Source: Lingula anatina
Taxonomy: Eukaryota; Animalia; Brachiopoda
Length of the DNA: 64,000 nt
Assembly (NCBI GenBank): GCA_051362555.1
Contig: CM120647.1
Location: 20,746,651 to 20,810,650, forward strand
Reading direction: 5' to 3'
Part shown: positions 25,949 through 38,834 of the stretch, in pieces
How positions within the stretch are numbered: position 1 is the stretch's first letter
How the letters are laid out: the number at the start of each line of letters is the position of its first letter
Position numbers and translations under genes: made by a program
The notes under the pieces: generated by a model
Seen by the model: only the letters and a program-made list of their open reading frames with translations
Told to the model about the DNA's origin: nothing
Databases searched by the model: none

Positions 25949-28896
25949 TTAGCTCACTTAATTTAAGATTTCGGTTTCTTTCATAGTTTTGATCGCTATA
26001 TTTCCAAAAGGAATGCAGCTGTTGGTTCTTTCTTTATCCATGTGATATTTACCAAACACTTTTACACTGCCACCTATTCCATGTCAAATAGATGACAGAA
26101 CGCTTTTAGAACCATCTTTTTGAAAAACATATGGATTTATACTTATGTGTTGCGTAGAGTCCCATGTTGGCCGCTTAAACCCCTTTGGTCGGTTAAGAAA
26201 TTGATTTTAATCATTAAAACCAACAAGAATTATACTGACATATATTTCTAGTCAAAAGACGTAAAATTTGTTTCTACTCTTCTTGGTCATTTTTATCATT
26301 ATAAAGATGATAAGCGCGGCGTAAACTTCTAAAACCGAGGCATATGCACGATTACGATTTTATAAAGGTAAACAAGAAATTATAAACAACCTTAATGTTC
26401 GCTCATTTACCAACCATAAATTTACTTTTCTAGTTAACCCTAACAATTTGTCTGAAAAGATGTTTGAATAAAATGTAGGAACAAACACGGCCACGAAAGC
26501 TGGTAGACAGTAAGTTAAAGCCCGATTCCCAAGGAGGTCTAAGTTCTTCGGTTTTCTCCCTTTTTAATAAATTTCTGACTGCATTTTGATTTGCAACCTC
26601 GTCACAAGGCAACAGGGATGGGCACGTTTTCCAGAAAACCGGAAAACGAGATCTATACGAGACTGTAACACGCAGTCTCTCATTGTTCTCTGGGCTTGGG
26701 ACCGGCAATGGGGCTCCACCCCCAGGTGTGTCTATTCCTATTTAGACAAAATTTCTTGTTTTTTCCAGCAAAATATTTAATTAACCCTGTGACAAGAGTG
26801 AGTGAAACCAGCTTTCGCCCTCGGTCTTTTTAAAGCAATATTCTGATAGAGGCATATATTTGTCCGGATAAACGCCATCGATTATATTATACCACGATTT
26901 AAACCGTGTCGACGGTGCTTTATTTAGAGTTGCTGATTGGTAGTATATATGTACGCTATATAATGACAAAAAGAATAAGGATGTTATAGCAACCAAAAGG
27001 CTGAAATTATACCAAAATAGTATGTGTTGCGTAGAGTAACCCAGAGCAGAGTCTTTTCCCGAAACCCCTTCCCCAAGGGCCCCATGTACATGCATTTCTG
27101 CATTTCATCTAATTATGTATATATAAATACATATAATCATTTATTGATTTTGATAAGTATTTGGTACACTTAACTGGAACAGTCCATTTTGAGAGGCTGA
27201 CAACTTCATAGCCTGGAGCTGTATTTCTGAAAGGTTGTAACTTACAAATTCTTGTAAAAATTCACGTAAGACCCATAGTTTCGTGAATATAGCCCCTGGA
27301 TAGGACATTATACAAGAGAGTCCCCTGAATGGAGCCCCTCTGCTCCCCACAGACACTTTTGAAATTAAAATCAACGTCTGCCCAAACATAAGGAAGTGAA
27401 GCTGTGAAAGCAAGTAAAAACCCCTGTAGTGTAATAGTTTATCTATATGTTCACCTAGCCAATGCACACTAACTTCATGGGGACTCTTGCTGAATGCAAT
27501 CAAATAACAGACAAACACCCCTCCTCCTCCTGGTGTTAATACAGAGAAGCTGTTGATTATGAGTCTCAGAGTACATTGGACACAAGTGGAGGAATGTCAG
27601 TCTGTTAATCTGATCAGATTCAGCAAGAACACTAGCTAAATTGACATAATTAACTCATTCTGAACAGTTCCATAGTTTTAAATGCCTGTGAAATCTTACC
27701 TTTCATTGTCATCACATATTTCATATCCAGTAGTGATACTGATGAACAAAAATTGTGAAAGCTTGTTCTGATAGCTTCCGGATATTATTCATAGCCTTGA
27801 TCAATATGGGTTGAAAAAAAACGAGTAATGGGTAAAAAGAAAAAGAAAAACCTCTCAGAATAAGCTTTCACACATTTTAGTCATGAGTATCAGTTTTTAA
27901 ACTAAAAAATATAAGCTGTTTCCATGGTAATGTATGGAAAAAGAATGGAGACTAGAATACCCCCCTTCCAGCTTCTGCCCCCCCCCCCCCCCCCCCCGAA
28001 CTATTATACAGTGTATTAAAATAATGCAGTCAGCACAATAGGTGAGATGGGGGATACATTTAAGTGTGATGTAAAGGCTTAATTATTCAAAGGGCACTGA
28101 ACATAACATAGTTTTAATTAATCTACTAAGAATATGTGTGCCTCTGTGGAAGTTTGCTGTGATACATACAAGATGAGTGTGTTTGAAAATCATTGGCCTA
28201 CATTTAGGAGACATTAGCCTATAGCAATGTGCTAAAGATGGACCCAAATTTTTATTTCTCTTTTTTTTTTAATTCCTCTTAGAAATATTGGGAAGAAAGT
28301 AACCAAAGGTACCAATTATTATATTTATATTAATGTTTCATCTAGTCTATAAGTACTGACAATTAAAGAAGATTATTAATAACCAAAACTTTGACCTACC
28401 TGGGATTTTTTGAGTAGACAGGAACCTTGCCCGTATTTCAAACTGGTTCAAATCAGGAATATTCTTAAACATGGCCTTGTTCAAATAATAAATTCTTTCA
28501 TTCCGTTTTGGCCTTTTTTATCAACCAATCATGTGGCTCCCCAGAGGGGGATTCTGAATCTCAGAAGAGGTCGGGGTACTTATAATTAAATGTACTTGGT
28601 TAAAAGAACTTTTTGTTCATGTTTTTTTGTTTGTTTGTTTGTTTGTTTGTTTGTTTGTTTGTTTTCACTATTTCACTTTTAAGAAATTAATGAGGCACTT
28701 CATAAAACTTAGAAGCATTTGATTTTTATTTTCTGCTGTTGTATGGCTCGTATGTAGGGTAAATTTCAAAGAGCCTGATAAAAAATAGTGGAGGGGATGG
28801 AAATGTGTTCTTGGCTAATGGTATGGTTCTTTAGATTTCTCAATTAGATGGATCATTGATATTTTAACAACGAAATAAAACCTGGAAGCAATCAGA

Positions 28897-29460
28897 ACCA
28901 GTTGTCAAAAGTGCACAGGGTATATGTACCAGTTGTCATAAGTGCACAGGGTATATGAACCAGTTGTCATAAGTGCACAGGGTATATGTATCAGTTGTCA
29001 TAAGTGCACAGGGTATATGTACCAGTTGTCATAAGTGCACAGGGTATATGTACCAGTTGTCATAAGTGCACAGGGTATGTTTACCAGTTGTCATAACTGC
29101 ACAGGGTATATGTACCAGTTGTCATAAGTGCACAGGGTATATGAACCAGTTGTCATAAGTGCACAGGGTATATGAACCAGTTGTCATAAGTGCACAGGGC
29201 ATATGAACCAGTTGTCATAAGTGCACAGGGTATATGTACCAGTTGTCATAAGTGCACAGGGTATATGTACCAGTTGTCATAAGTGCACAGGGTATATGTA
29301 CCAGTTGTCATAAGTGCACAGGGTATATGAACCAGTTGTCATAAGTGCACAGGGTATATGAACCAGTTGTCATAAGTGCACAGGGTATATGAACCAGTTG
29401 TCATAAGTGCACAGGGTATATGAACCAGTTGTCATAAGTGCACAGGGTATGTTTACCAGT
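28897..29460. repeat. 18 x 31-bp minisatellite
   Basis: ACCAGTTGTCATAAGTGCACAGGGTATATG(T/A), period 31, no spacers. Confidence 0.95.
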
Positions 29461-30316
29461 ATATCAATTTTGCAACCTTACACATGGAATATGGTAACAA
29501 TTAAGTATTGAGAAATTTGCTTGTGTCCTTGCAACTACTGATTCAAGTCTACCCCCTGTACCATCCTCACATTACGTTCCAATCAGCTGTTTACATAGGC
29601 TGTGAAAAGGTGAATAATTTCAGAGGGAGAAATAAAATAGCAGTTATCACATTCATGTGGGTTGGGGGGGGGGGATTACTTGAAAAGAAACATGATTTGA
29701 AATAAAATTGATTTAAATATACCTTTTTTTCTACTCTTTTTAATCCAGAGAAAAAGTAAAAATCAATGTTTCTCTAATGATAATTAATCTCTAATTTTTT
29801 TTTTTTTAATAAGATTGATTTTTAGTAGTGTAAATTTTAAATGGTTTCCAATGAGAGTTTATGATTAAAATATTGTAGTCATTTTAATGATTTTAGTATA
29901 TTAGCCATTATTGTAAGGCGCCTTGAGATAGAATGTAAGGCGCCATATAAGAATCTTATTATTATTATATATTATAGATGATCATATATGTACATCAGAC
30001 TACATGTACATTAAAGTTTGTTGAAAAATGAGACATGAATTATTTTAATTAAAAAAAAAGAATCAGGCATATTCTCAACCTTAACTCCCACAGGGATACA
30101 AGCTGAGGACGAAAGACTTGGAAGTTACATTGAAGGTAGGGAATACCCCCCCCCCCTTAATCACCAATCACCAAGAATTAAAACAGCTCAATCACTAATC
30201 ACCAAGATATATTCATGCCAATCACCAAGAATTCCTGAATCACATTTCACACAGAATATTGGGCTCAAATAAGGCATCACGCTCGAAAAATAAGGCCAAT
30301 CACGCAGAACGCAAAA

Positions 30317-32445
30317 CAGCCATTCCACGAAAAAGGGTACAATTCTGAATAATACCTGTCGCAGCTTATTTACAGTAGTAAAAGCATCTGCAATTTAGCT
30401 TTTTTTAGCCTTTTTTAGCAGGACCCGATGTGTTCTACTTAAAAAACAACAATTGATATAGTACCACTTGCTTTGACGGGAACCCCGGGGGTCTATATGC
30501 CGCAAAAAGCACGATTTCGACGTGTCGCTTCGGTATTATAGCTGATTTGCCACAAGAAAAAGTTTATATTTTCCCGTATTTTAGTGTTTTTAGTGCTCAA
30601 CTAATTTGAATTCATGTTTCTATTTATCATACATGGTGTTCTCTGTCGAATTTGTTGGTTAGTTACGTCACTGTGATAGTTTAATCAATGTCGCTCAGTA
30701 ACCCCTAACCTCCGTAACGCTTTTTTAACTCAGTGTAAGAATAAAAGAAAATGCTCTTAAATGGCCTTCCTGTGCATTTTTCAAACTCTTAATACATGAA
30801 GTTTAATAAAACAGTGCTATTTTTTAATTTTGAATGTTGCGTTCCATCATAGAGAATGTTAACTCACAAAAGTCGGGGTGTCGCATTTAAGAGCCTAACC
30901 TCAGTAACGGACCAAATTTGAAGAAAATGTTGTTTTAGAAAGTTAAAAACAACATTTTTGTTAAGCAAGGACCAACTTCTTCCTAAAAAATTCATTCAAT
31001 AGTTATGCAAAGTTATCCCGAGGATAAAAACTGAAAAAGAGTGCGTGTCACCTTGCATCCGTTATGCTAACCTCCGTTACCGAAATAAGTTAATTGTTAT
31101 AAAAATGACTGTTAATACTTCAATACGTTATTTCTGTGGTTTTGTGAGTTAGTTCTGATCATAGAAGTAGTTCTACTTCTATGTTCTGATGTAGTATGCA
31201 TTCATACGGCTTGCTGTTAAAGACATTACCCCGTATTAATATAGATATAAAATATACATATATAGCTGATAATTCTATCAAGATAAGCTAACCATTTAAG
31301 TTTTTACTCGAGTTTGCTATAAAATCGGGGGTAAATCGTGATTTGTTTTTTCAAATTGATTTCCATTTGTCACTTGACGATGCCTTTTTGAACTTATCAT
31401 TCTGATTTTAAGCGAAATGAGGAGTTTTCAGGACTGTCTTGGCAAGAAAAATGGTACTAGCTGAGATCAGTACTAGCGTACATGTAGCAGACATTATTTT
31501 CGCGGGAGACATATGGCGAAATATATTAAGCATTGAAGCAACGCTTGTATTTATCAGGTAGAACTGCGGGGTTATTAGGCCCTATTTTACTGTTTCAGTA
31601 GCACATAATAGTTTTTAACATCTTCTAGATGCTTCCAGTAACTTTAAATGGACAATTATCCGCAAACACGTGTCTATTGTCGGCCTACTTGATTGTATAC
31701 ATCAACTTTCTCGGGTATTGTGTTGTTTTTTACTGCCTATAGCTGCGATCATGTACACGTAGGTTTAATGTTTTGTTATTATGTAACGTTTGTCATATCT
31801 GTAATACTACAAATTCCGAATTCAGCCTCTAAAGTCTACTTTAAGCTAAGAAATATCAAAACAAATATGATCGCTATTAATGACCTAACCTCCGTTACGA
31901 AATTGCTCATTTTTCATTTGAACATTGGATATGTGTGTGCTCATTGATCAATGCTCATATCATAATAGATTGATTGCACTTTGTTCATAAACAAATAGAA
32001 TGATAAAAAAGAAAGTCTGTCCCCAATGATTAATAAAATATTTAAATTGGAATATCTCAGGCTTTGTATTTATAGAAAACGAGCCACTTATTATCAATGT
32101 GTTTGCACCGCATTTTCTATAATTGAAGAGAAATCTTAAATGGGCAATAATATTTTGAATACATACAAAATCTTAATAATTGAATCAAATATGGAGCCTG
32201 TGACCTTTGGCATGATTGAAATATAAGCTAATTTAGATGTTACCTAACCTCCGTAACGAAAAAAATACTGTACCATGTTTACACGTGCATATTTCTTTAA
32301 ATATAGTAATGGTGTGGGTTAAAATTCTTCTACTACTCTCTGAATACCTCTTCATCAAAATAATATAAAAAGTTTTCCAGTTTTGCAAAGTTCATATCAC
32401 TGCATTTCTTGTTTTGGAATTGTACCCCTTTTCGTGGAATGGCCG
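30317..32445. mobile_element. Non-autonomous TIR DNA transposon (2.1 kb, 4-bp AAAA TSD; Sola-like by inference) nested in an older MITE
   Basis: TIR CAGCCATTCCACGAAAAAGGGTACAATTC / GAATTGTACCCCTTTTCGTGGAATGGCCG; AAAA on both sides; outer host inverted repeat GGTAGGGAATACC (30135-30147) / GGTATTCCCTACC (32450-32462). Confidence 0.7.
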
Positions 32446-32539
32446 AAAAGGTATTCCCTACCCTGTTTACTCACTCATTTCAAGCTCTTCACATTGGTGA
32501 CACATTGGTCAAGTCATGCAGATAAAGATAATAAGGGAT

Positions 32540-33880
32540 GGGGGGGGGGGGGGGGCAGGGATAGGGCGTGGTGGCAGCAGGGGTCGGATGTGGGGGCGGC
32601 AGGGATAGGGCGTGGTGGCAGCAGGGGTAGGATGTGGGGGGGGCAGGGATAGGGCGTGGTGGCAGCAGGGGTAGGATGTGGGGGGGGCAGGGATAGGGCG
32701 TGGTGGCAGCAGGGGTAGGATGTGGGGGGGGCAGGGATAGGGCGTGGTGGCGGCAGGGGTAGGATGTGAGGGGGGCAGGGATAGGGCGTGGTGGCGGCAG
32801 GGGTAGGATGTGGGGGGGGCAGGGATAGGGCGTGGTGGCAGCAGGGGTAGGATGTGGGGGGGGCAGGGATAGGGCGTGGTGGCGGCAGGGGTAGGATGTG
32901 AGGGGGGCAGGGATAGGGCGTGGTGGCGGCAGGGGTAGGATGTGGGGGGGGCAGGGATAGGGCGTGGTGGCAGCAGGGGTAGGATGTGGGGGGGGCAGGG
33001 ATAGGGCGTGGTGGCAGCAGGGGTAGGATGTGGGGGGGGCAGGGATAGGGCGTGGTGGCAGCAGGTGTAGGATGTGGGGGGGGGCAGGGATAGGGCGTGA
33101 TGGCGGCAGGGGTAGGATGTGGGGGGGCAGGGATAGGGCGTGGTGGCGGCAGGGGTAGGATGTGGGGGGGGCAGGGATAGGGCGTGGTGGCAGCAGGGGT
33201 AGGATGTGGGGGGGGCAGGGATAGGGCGTGGTGGCGGCAGGGGTAGGATGTGGGGGGGGGCAGGGATAGGGCGTGGTGGCAGCAGGGGTAGGATGTGGGG
33301 GGGGCAGGGATAGGGCGTGGTGGCAGCAGGGGTAGGATGTGGGGGGGGCAGGGATAGGGCGTGGTGGCAGCAGGGGTAGGATGTGGGGGGCAGGGATAGG
33401 GCGTGGTGGCAGCAGGGGTAGGATGTGGGGGGGCAGGGATAGGGCGTGGTGGCAGCAGGGGTAGGATGTGGGGGGGGCAGGGATAGGGCGTGGTGGCGGC
33501 AGGGGTAGGATGTGGGGGGGCAGGGATAGGGCGTGGTGGCGGCAGGGGTAGGATGTGGGGGGGGCAGGGATAGGGCGTGGTGGCAGCAGGGGTAGGATGT
33601 GGGGGGGGCAGGGATAGGGCGTGGTGGCGGCAGGGGTAGGATGTGGGGGGGGGGCAGGGATAGGGCGTGGTGGCAGCAGGGGTAGGATGTGGGGGGGGCA
33701 GGGATAGGGCGTGGTGGCAGCAGGGGTAGGATGTGGGGGGGGGCAGGGATAGGGCGTGGTGGCAGCAGGGGTAGGATGTGGGGGGCAGGGATAGGGCGTG
33801 GTGGCAGCAGGGGTAGGATGTGGGGGGGCAGGGATAGGGCGTGGTGGCAGCAGGGGTAGGATGTGGGGGGAGGGGGAGGT
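32540..33880 (+). repeat. G-rich minisatellite, ~30 x 43-46 bp
   Basis: Unit G(n)CAGGGATAGGGCGTGGTGGC(A/G)GCAGGGGTAGGATGT with a variable G-run. Confidence 0.95.
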
Positions 33881-34586
33881 GGGAGGGCAGTCCAAAGGCA
33901 GTGGGGGTTATTGAAAATTGGGACAAACTGTCTTTTTCCTCAAAAAAAAGGACCACCCTGAATCAAAATGCATATCCAATTGTTTAATATTTCTTTGTGA
34001 AGAGGTTAAAAAGTCTATAGACTTTTTTAGAAGAAAAGATCATGCCCCCCTCCTTTGAGATTGCTGTCTGCAGGCTTTTACAGCTTCTTTTAAACAAAAG
34101 AGAGCAAATTCATCTTAGCATGTTCATTTATCAAAAATGGAGGAGAGCAAGAGAACTGATGTAAGGTCATGGCTGGTATGCTAAAGTGATCAGATGATTT
34201 AATTGTAAAGGTGGCTTCCTCCATCATCTTGTATAATGTATCAACATGCAATTGAGTTGTCAGTGCTCACGTCATACTGAGGCACCTAATTACGTCTTTA
34301 AATTGAGAACTGCACTGTTTGTTGAACATGATATGTTTACAAAGCCCCTAGGGGAAGGTAAAACATTGCTGGGGAATCCAAATGTTTCCACATGGAGTTT
34401 TGTTATTTAGTGTTTGTTGTGAGATGGAGGGATGAGATTGATGTCTTTACTTATGGTTGGTTAAGCACAGAGATTACATTGTCCTTCACTGAGGACACGT
34501 TATTCATTTTTCTGGTGTATCTCATGACAGATTTTATTTGTTCTGTGAAGTTGGCATTGGGCAATCGGGAATTGCTTTTTTTTTGT

Positions 34587-34587
<1 letters not shown>

Positions 34588-34665
<78 letters not shown>
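34588..34665. repeat. (TA)n microsatellite
   Basis: Perfect TA run. Confidence 0.95.
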
Positions 34666-34676
<11 letters not shown>

Positions 34677-35977
34677 CCACTGAATGGCAAGCACAGCATT
34701 GAGGATGGGGTTAATAGCAAGGCCCATGCACACCTCCAGGCTACTGTGCTTGAACATTACACATATAAAACAAGCATTTAATATACAGTACAGAGCATGA
34801 TCAGAGGGTCATATGCACTCGTGCACATATGCATGCAAAAGTGTAGAGGACTATACATGTATATTACACTCAAACAGGCATTTATAGACACTGCATATAT
34901 TAATACAGCGTATACACACTCATACACAGGTATACGCATACAACTACTGTCCTGCATTGGCAGTACATTATATTACTTACACACATAGTATATGACCAGA
35001 GATCCACATACTCATATACTGGTACTTCACAACAATTGGCACACATACCCAGCACATCAATATACTGTACATATACAGACACGCATGCACTGTGTAGATC
35101 AAGATGATTGATCTCAAGGTAAAAACTTGAAACCCACAAGTGGAGAAAATTGTACATACCAGGTGAGAGCACCTGCACCAAGCCCCCCCCCTCCACCCCC
35201 ATTCTCTTACAGACACACCCTTCACCCCACCTTTAGTGACCAAAAATATAAAGAGAATGCCTGAGGATAGTTTGATTTATTAACATTGACAAGAATTCAG
35301 TGAGGAAATGTAATACATCAATGTGATTGGATAAAAACAACAGTCAGAACATTGAAATGGTTGCATGGACAACATTGAGAGTAGGCTGCCTTTCGATTAC
35401 TTATGTGAGCCCTATTTTGCTAACTTAGGTACCTTTACAAATTCTCAATAGTGTTCCTATTATACATTTGTGCTAAAGTCAGTGAACTGTGCAATCAATT
35501 CTTAATTATCTGTGTTGATTGTGTTGTTGTTTGTGTTGATATTGTTAATCTATGCTGCATTATCCAGTATTACATTGATGCCGCTCATTTTATATTATGT
35601 CAGGCACGTATGGGGGGAGGGTTGAATGGATTCCCCTCAAAAAAAGTGTACGTTATGATGAAGAAATGCATTATTCTGACTGGGGTTAAATTACGGTTGG
35701 TAAATAAAGTTTTCTTTTAAATTTTACTGCCCTCTTTTGATTTTTTTTCTCTCTTTTGTTTCGCTGTATGTTCTTTGTAGGTCTGTTTATGAGTGAGTCA
35801 AGGTTGTCACGCTTTCTCTGTCAAAGTCAAATATTTCTGTCAATGTCATATGTTAACTGTTTATGTACTGGTATTTGACCCATGAATTATGGCGATTGAG
35901 ACCCTTTTCTGTTTGCAGTTATTTGTGTGTGATTTAAGCCAGTAAATGTAATTCTTAATATTTTTCTATATTCATTA

Positions 35978-35985
<8 letters not shown>

Positions 35986-36061
<76 letters not shown>
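35986..36061. repeat. (TA)n microsatellite
   Basis: Perfect TA run. Confidence 0.95.
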
Positions 36062-36064
<3 letters not shown>

Positions 36065-37015
36065 TAATAAATAAATAAATAAATAAACAAGAGACATGCA
36101 ATAACCCCGACTCCGAGTTTCACGGGCATACCCAGAAGGTATGCCCGATCGTCAGGAGGTTTATTTGAAAAATATATGTATCAATTTGTGTGTGTATGTG
36201 TGTGTTTAAGCATGACAGTTGCATATTTGGCTACATTTTCCTTGCCTGTAATCATCTAACATAAAAACACATCATTACACATTTAAATTAAAAAATTCTC
36301 CTGACAAACTTTCAGATTCCTTTTTGCTGTTGATTCACTTCAAACATTGACAGTATTTTATTGAAATAAACCTCATCAGTTGTTATAAATTATAGCTGAT
36401 TAATTGATTTATAATGGGTGGTCTCTGCAATCATATCAAGTTTAATTAATAACCATTGATAAACTTTCAGTTATAAATTGATTTCAGGGAGTGCGTTCAA
36501 TCACTCATAGTTGATCATCATGGGTTTCTCCATTACCTGGATATGGGTTATTAATTTTGATTAATTAAAAGGTAATCTTTATGGTAATTTTTGCACCAAA
36601 ATGCAATTTTCCCCTACTCATGGTTGATCCATCCCTGCCCTCAATGTTTTGTACCATTTTGAATTGAATAACATTAATTTTTCAAAACAGCAGGATTGAT
36701 TTAGACTACTTTATCTTCCTAACATTTAAGAAGGAAATGTCAGCATCGTTTACTTTTATTTGCAGGATTTTAATTTTTTTAAAGTAATGTTTCTGAAGGA
36801 GGGGAGGGAATCATTTTAATAAAAAATTAAAATTTTTATTTATCTGGGAAAGTTTTAGAGCTTTGCAGCATATTTACACATGAACATAAAACTTGGTGTC
36901 TAATATGTACAGTATGCTTTTATTATTTATATAATTACTTGTAATTCTGATAATTTCATTTGTAAACATCACTGAGACGGTAGTGTAGTGCGCTTTTTAA
37001 GAAACTTTTAGTCAA

Positions 37016-37057
<42 letters not shown>

Positions 37058-37102
37058 AAACTCTCACTTTCGTTCTCTTTGTTTTTGTTTTGTTTTTTTT
37101 TT

Positions 37103-38400
37103 CATTTCAGATAAAATATGAACATTACAAATATAGTACTTCCATCCCCCACCCACCTCACCCCATCCCCATTATCTGGTGTCATTTCTTCTGAATCTAT
37201 GCTTCTTGCTCTCTGATGTTTCTGTCATGATTTCATTTTTATCCTGTCATATATTCTGTTAATTTCTCTACTGAATCTAGACTCCTTTTCCTGAGACCCT
37301 TCTCATTTCCATATACAATAATAACCAAATTCTATGTGGAAATAGTGCAATAACAATACAACTCTGCAAAGCATCTTCAATACTGCACAGATACAAGTCC
37401 CTGTTTTAATTGATATATTTCACTTTGTATATTTGCAGGAGTGCTTGACAGCAGAGAAATGTGCCCCGTATCTCCTGTGTCGCGGTCTGGTGAGGATACG
37501 TTGTTATCAGGAGCTGAGCCGTGTCATAGCACATTTGACCAGAGTGGGGTGGATCAACTTCGGTATCATCTCTCCCCCGCCAGACCTCGCTGTGTTACCT
37601 GACAGGCACAAGGTGAATTTTTGTTTGTTTGTTTGTTTGATTTAAGTATAAAATAAAAAGTGAAATCAGATTTTAAAGTTCACATTTCTTATTTTCCATG
37701 GACCTTTTTTCATAATTCAAAATACTTCAGCTAGTATACATACATACACTGCACATGTTCATTTTGTTCAGTTCACTGACTTTTTTTATTCACTAATATT
37801 AATTGATTTAATTGTTTTTCTGTCTTGCATATTTCATTTTCCAAGCTCCTTATTGTCATGAATAACTTGAGTGTAAACTTGTCTGCTATTTCAGCCAGAA
37901 GTTATAGTAATTGGGGCAGGAGCTGCTGGTCTTGGCGCAGCCAAACAACTCAAAAACTTTGCTGCCAAGGTACTGCTGATGCTGACCTATAAGAATCTGA
38001 TGAAAAGGAGGGGGGGTCCAAAAACAAAAATCTAGAAAAAAGGACCTTTTACTTTGGATTTTATGACATGAAGAGGATTTTAATTTTAGGACCAAATAGA
38101 ACTGAAAACCCTTGTCAAACATACTATACCTCTGTTAACGCAATGAAGTTGGATTGATTGATAATATTTTAACTGTTACAGTGATTTCTCATAATTCTGA
38201 CAATATAACATATTTGATCAGTTATTTTATATGAAATGTAAGAATAGAATTTAACTTCAGTGGATCATATGTACATCAGTTACCCTGTATAACGTGGGGA
38301 TCGATTGCTTATTTATTTATTTATTACTACACCCAGGGTGAAATGTCAGAATAGATTATAACTTCAATGCATCAGGCATACATGGATTATGCCATAGGAT

Positions 38401-38443
<43 letters not shown>

Positions 38444-38544
38444 TTACTACCCCAGGTGTGCATCCTTGAGGCTGCTGACCACATTGGTGGACGTGTTTGG
38501 GATGACCAGTCACTAGGGGTGTGTGCTGGACGAGGGGCCATGCT
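37103..38544 (+). pseudogene. KDM1B: Truncated duplicate of KDM1B (exons 37439-37612, 37895-37969 and 38456-38544 partial, with introns)
   Basis: Near-identical to 36-1372 including introns; W>C, S>A and R>H (EAADHIGGR) substitutions; broken inside the third exon by the Polinton TIR. Confidence 0.9.
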
Positions 38545-38766
38545 TTTGATTTCTGACTACCTTATAACTTACAATGAGTGTGTCAACAATGAAGTAGCTG
38601 TAACAAAAATTTGTGAGTTTAAGCTCGCATATTGGGCAACTTTGGCTTACTGAGTACCTTATAACTTATAATAGAGTGTGTCAACAATAAAGACAGCATT
38701 TCTTTTGTATTTTTGGGCAACTTCAACTTACAATAGACTGTGCAAACATCCACGCCTGGTGTAGAG
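38545..38766. repeat. Left (partial) terminal inverted repeat of the Polinton
   Basis: Reverse complement of ~51856-52190, lacking one 105-bp subrepeat and the outer ~280 bp. Confidence 0.9.
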
Positions 38767-38834
38767 TACTTAATTAAGAGGACTGATCATTAGTTTTACC
38801 TCCATACTCAGTGTACATTTTAACAATATCAACC

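Noticed and set aside
28897-29460. 31-bp direct repeats resembling a CRISPR array
   Set aside because: The repeats are contiguous with no unique spacers, there are no cas genes and the context is eukaryotic; this is a minisatellite.
32489-33956. 468-aa and 480-aa Pro-rich ORFs
   Set aside because: Translations of the C-rich strand of a minisatellite; frames shuffle with G-run length.
34392-36129. YIYIYI-type ORFs
   Set aside because: Translations of (TA)n microsatellites.
36087-36150. Hairpin GGGCATACC-cagaa-GGTATGCCC after AACAAGAG, a possible HINE end
   Set aside because: No matching opposite end could be located, and it is too short to call.
38539-38550. Target-site duplication for a Polinton insertion into KDM1B
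   Set aside because: The left TIR is truncated and the flanks differ (KDM1B exon on the left, 28S on the right); no TSD is present.
37433-38653. A second functional KDM1B paralog
   Set aside because: Truncated in its third exon, has R>H in the conserved DRIGGR motif, and no downstream exons follow.
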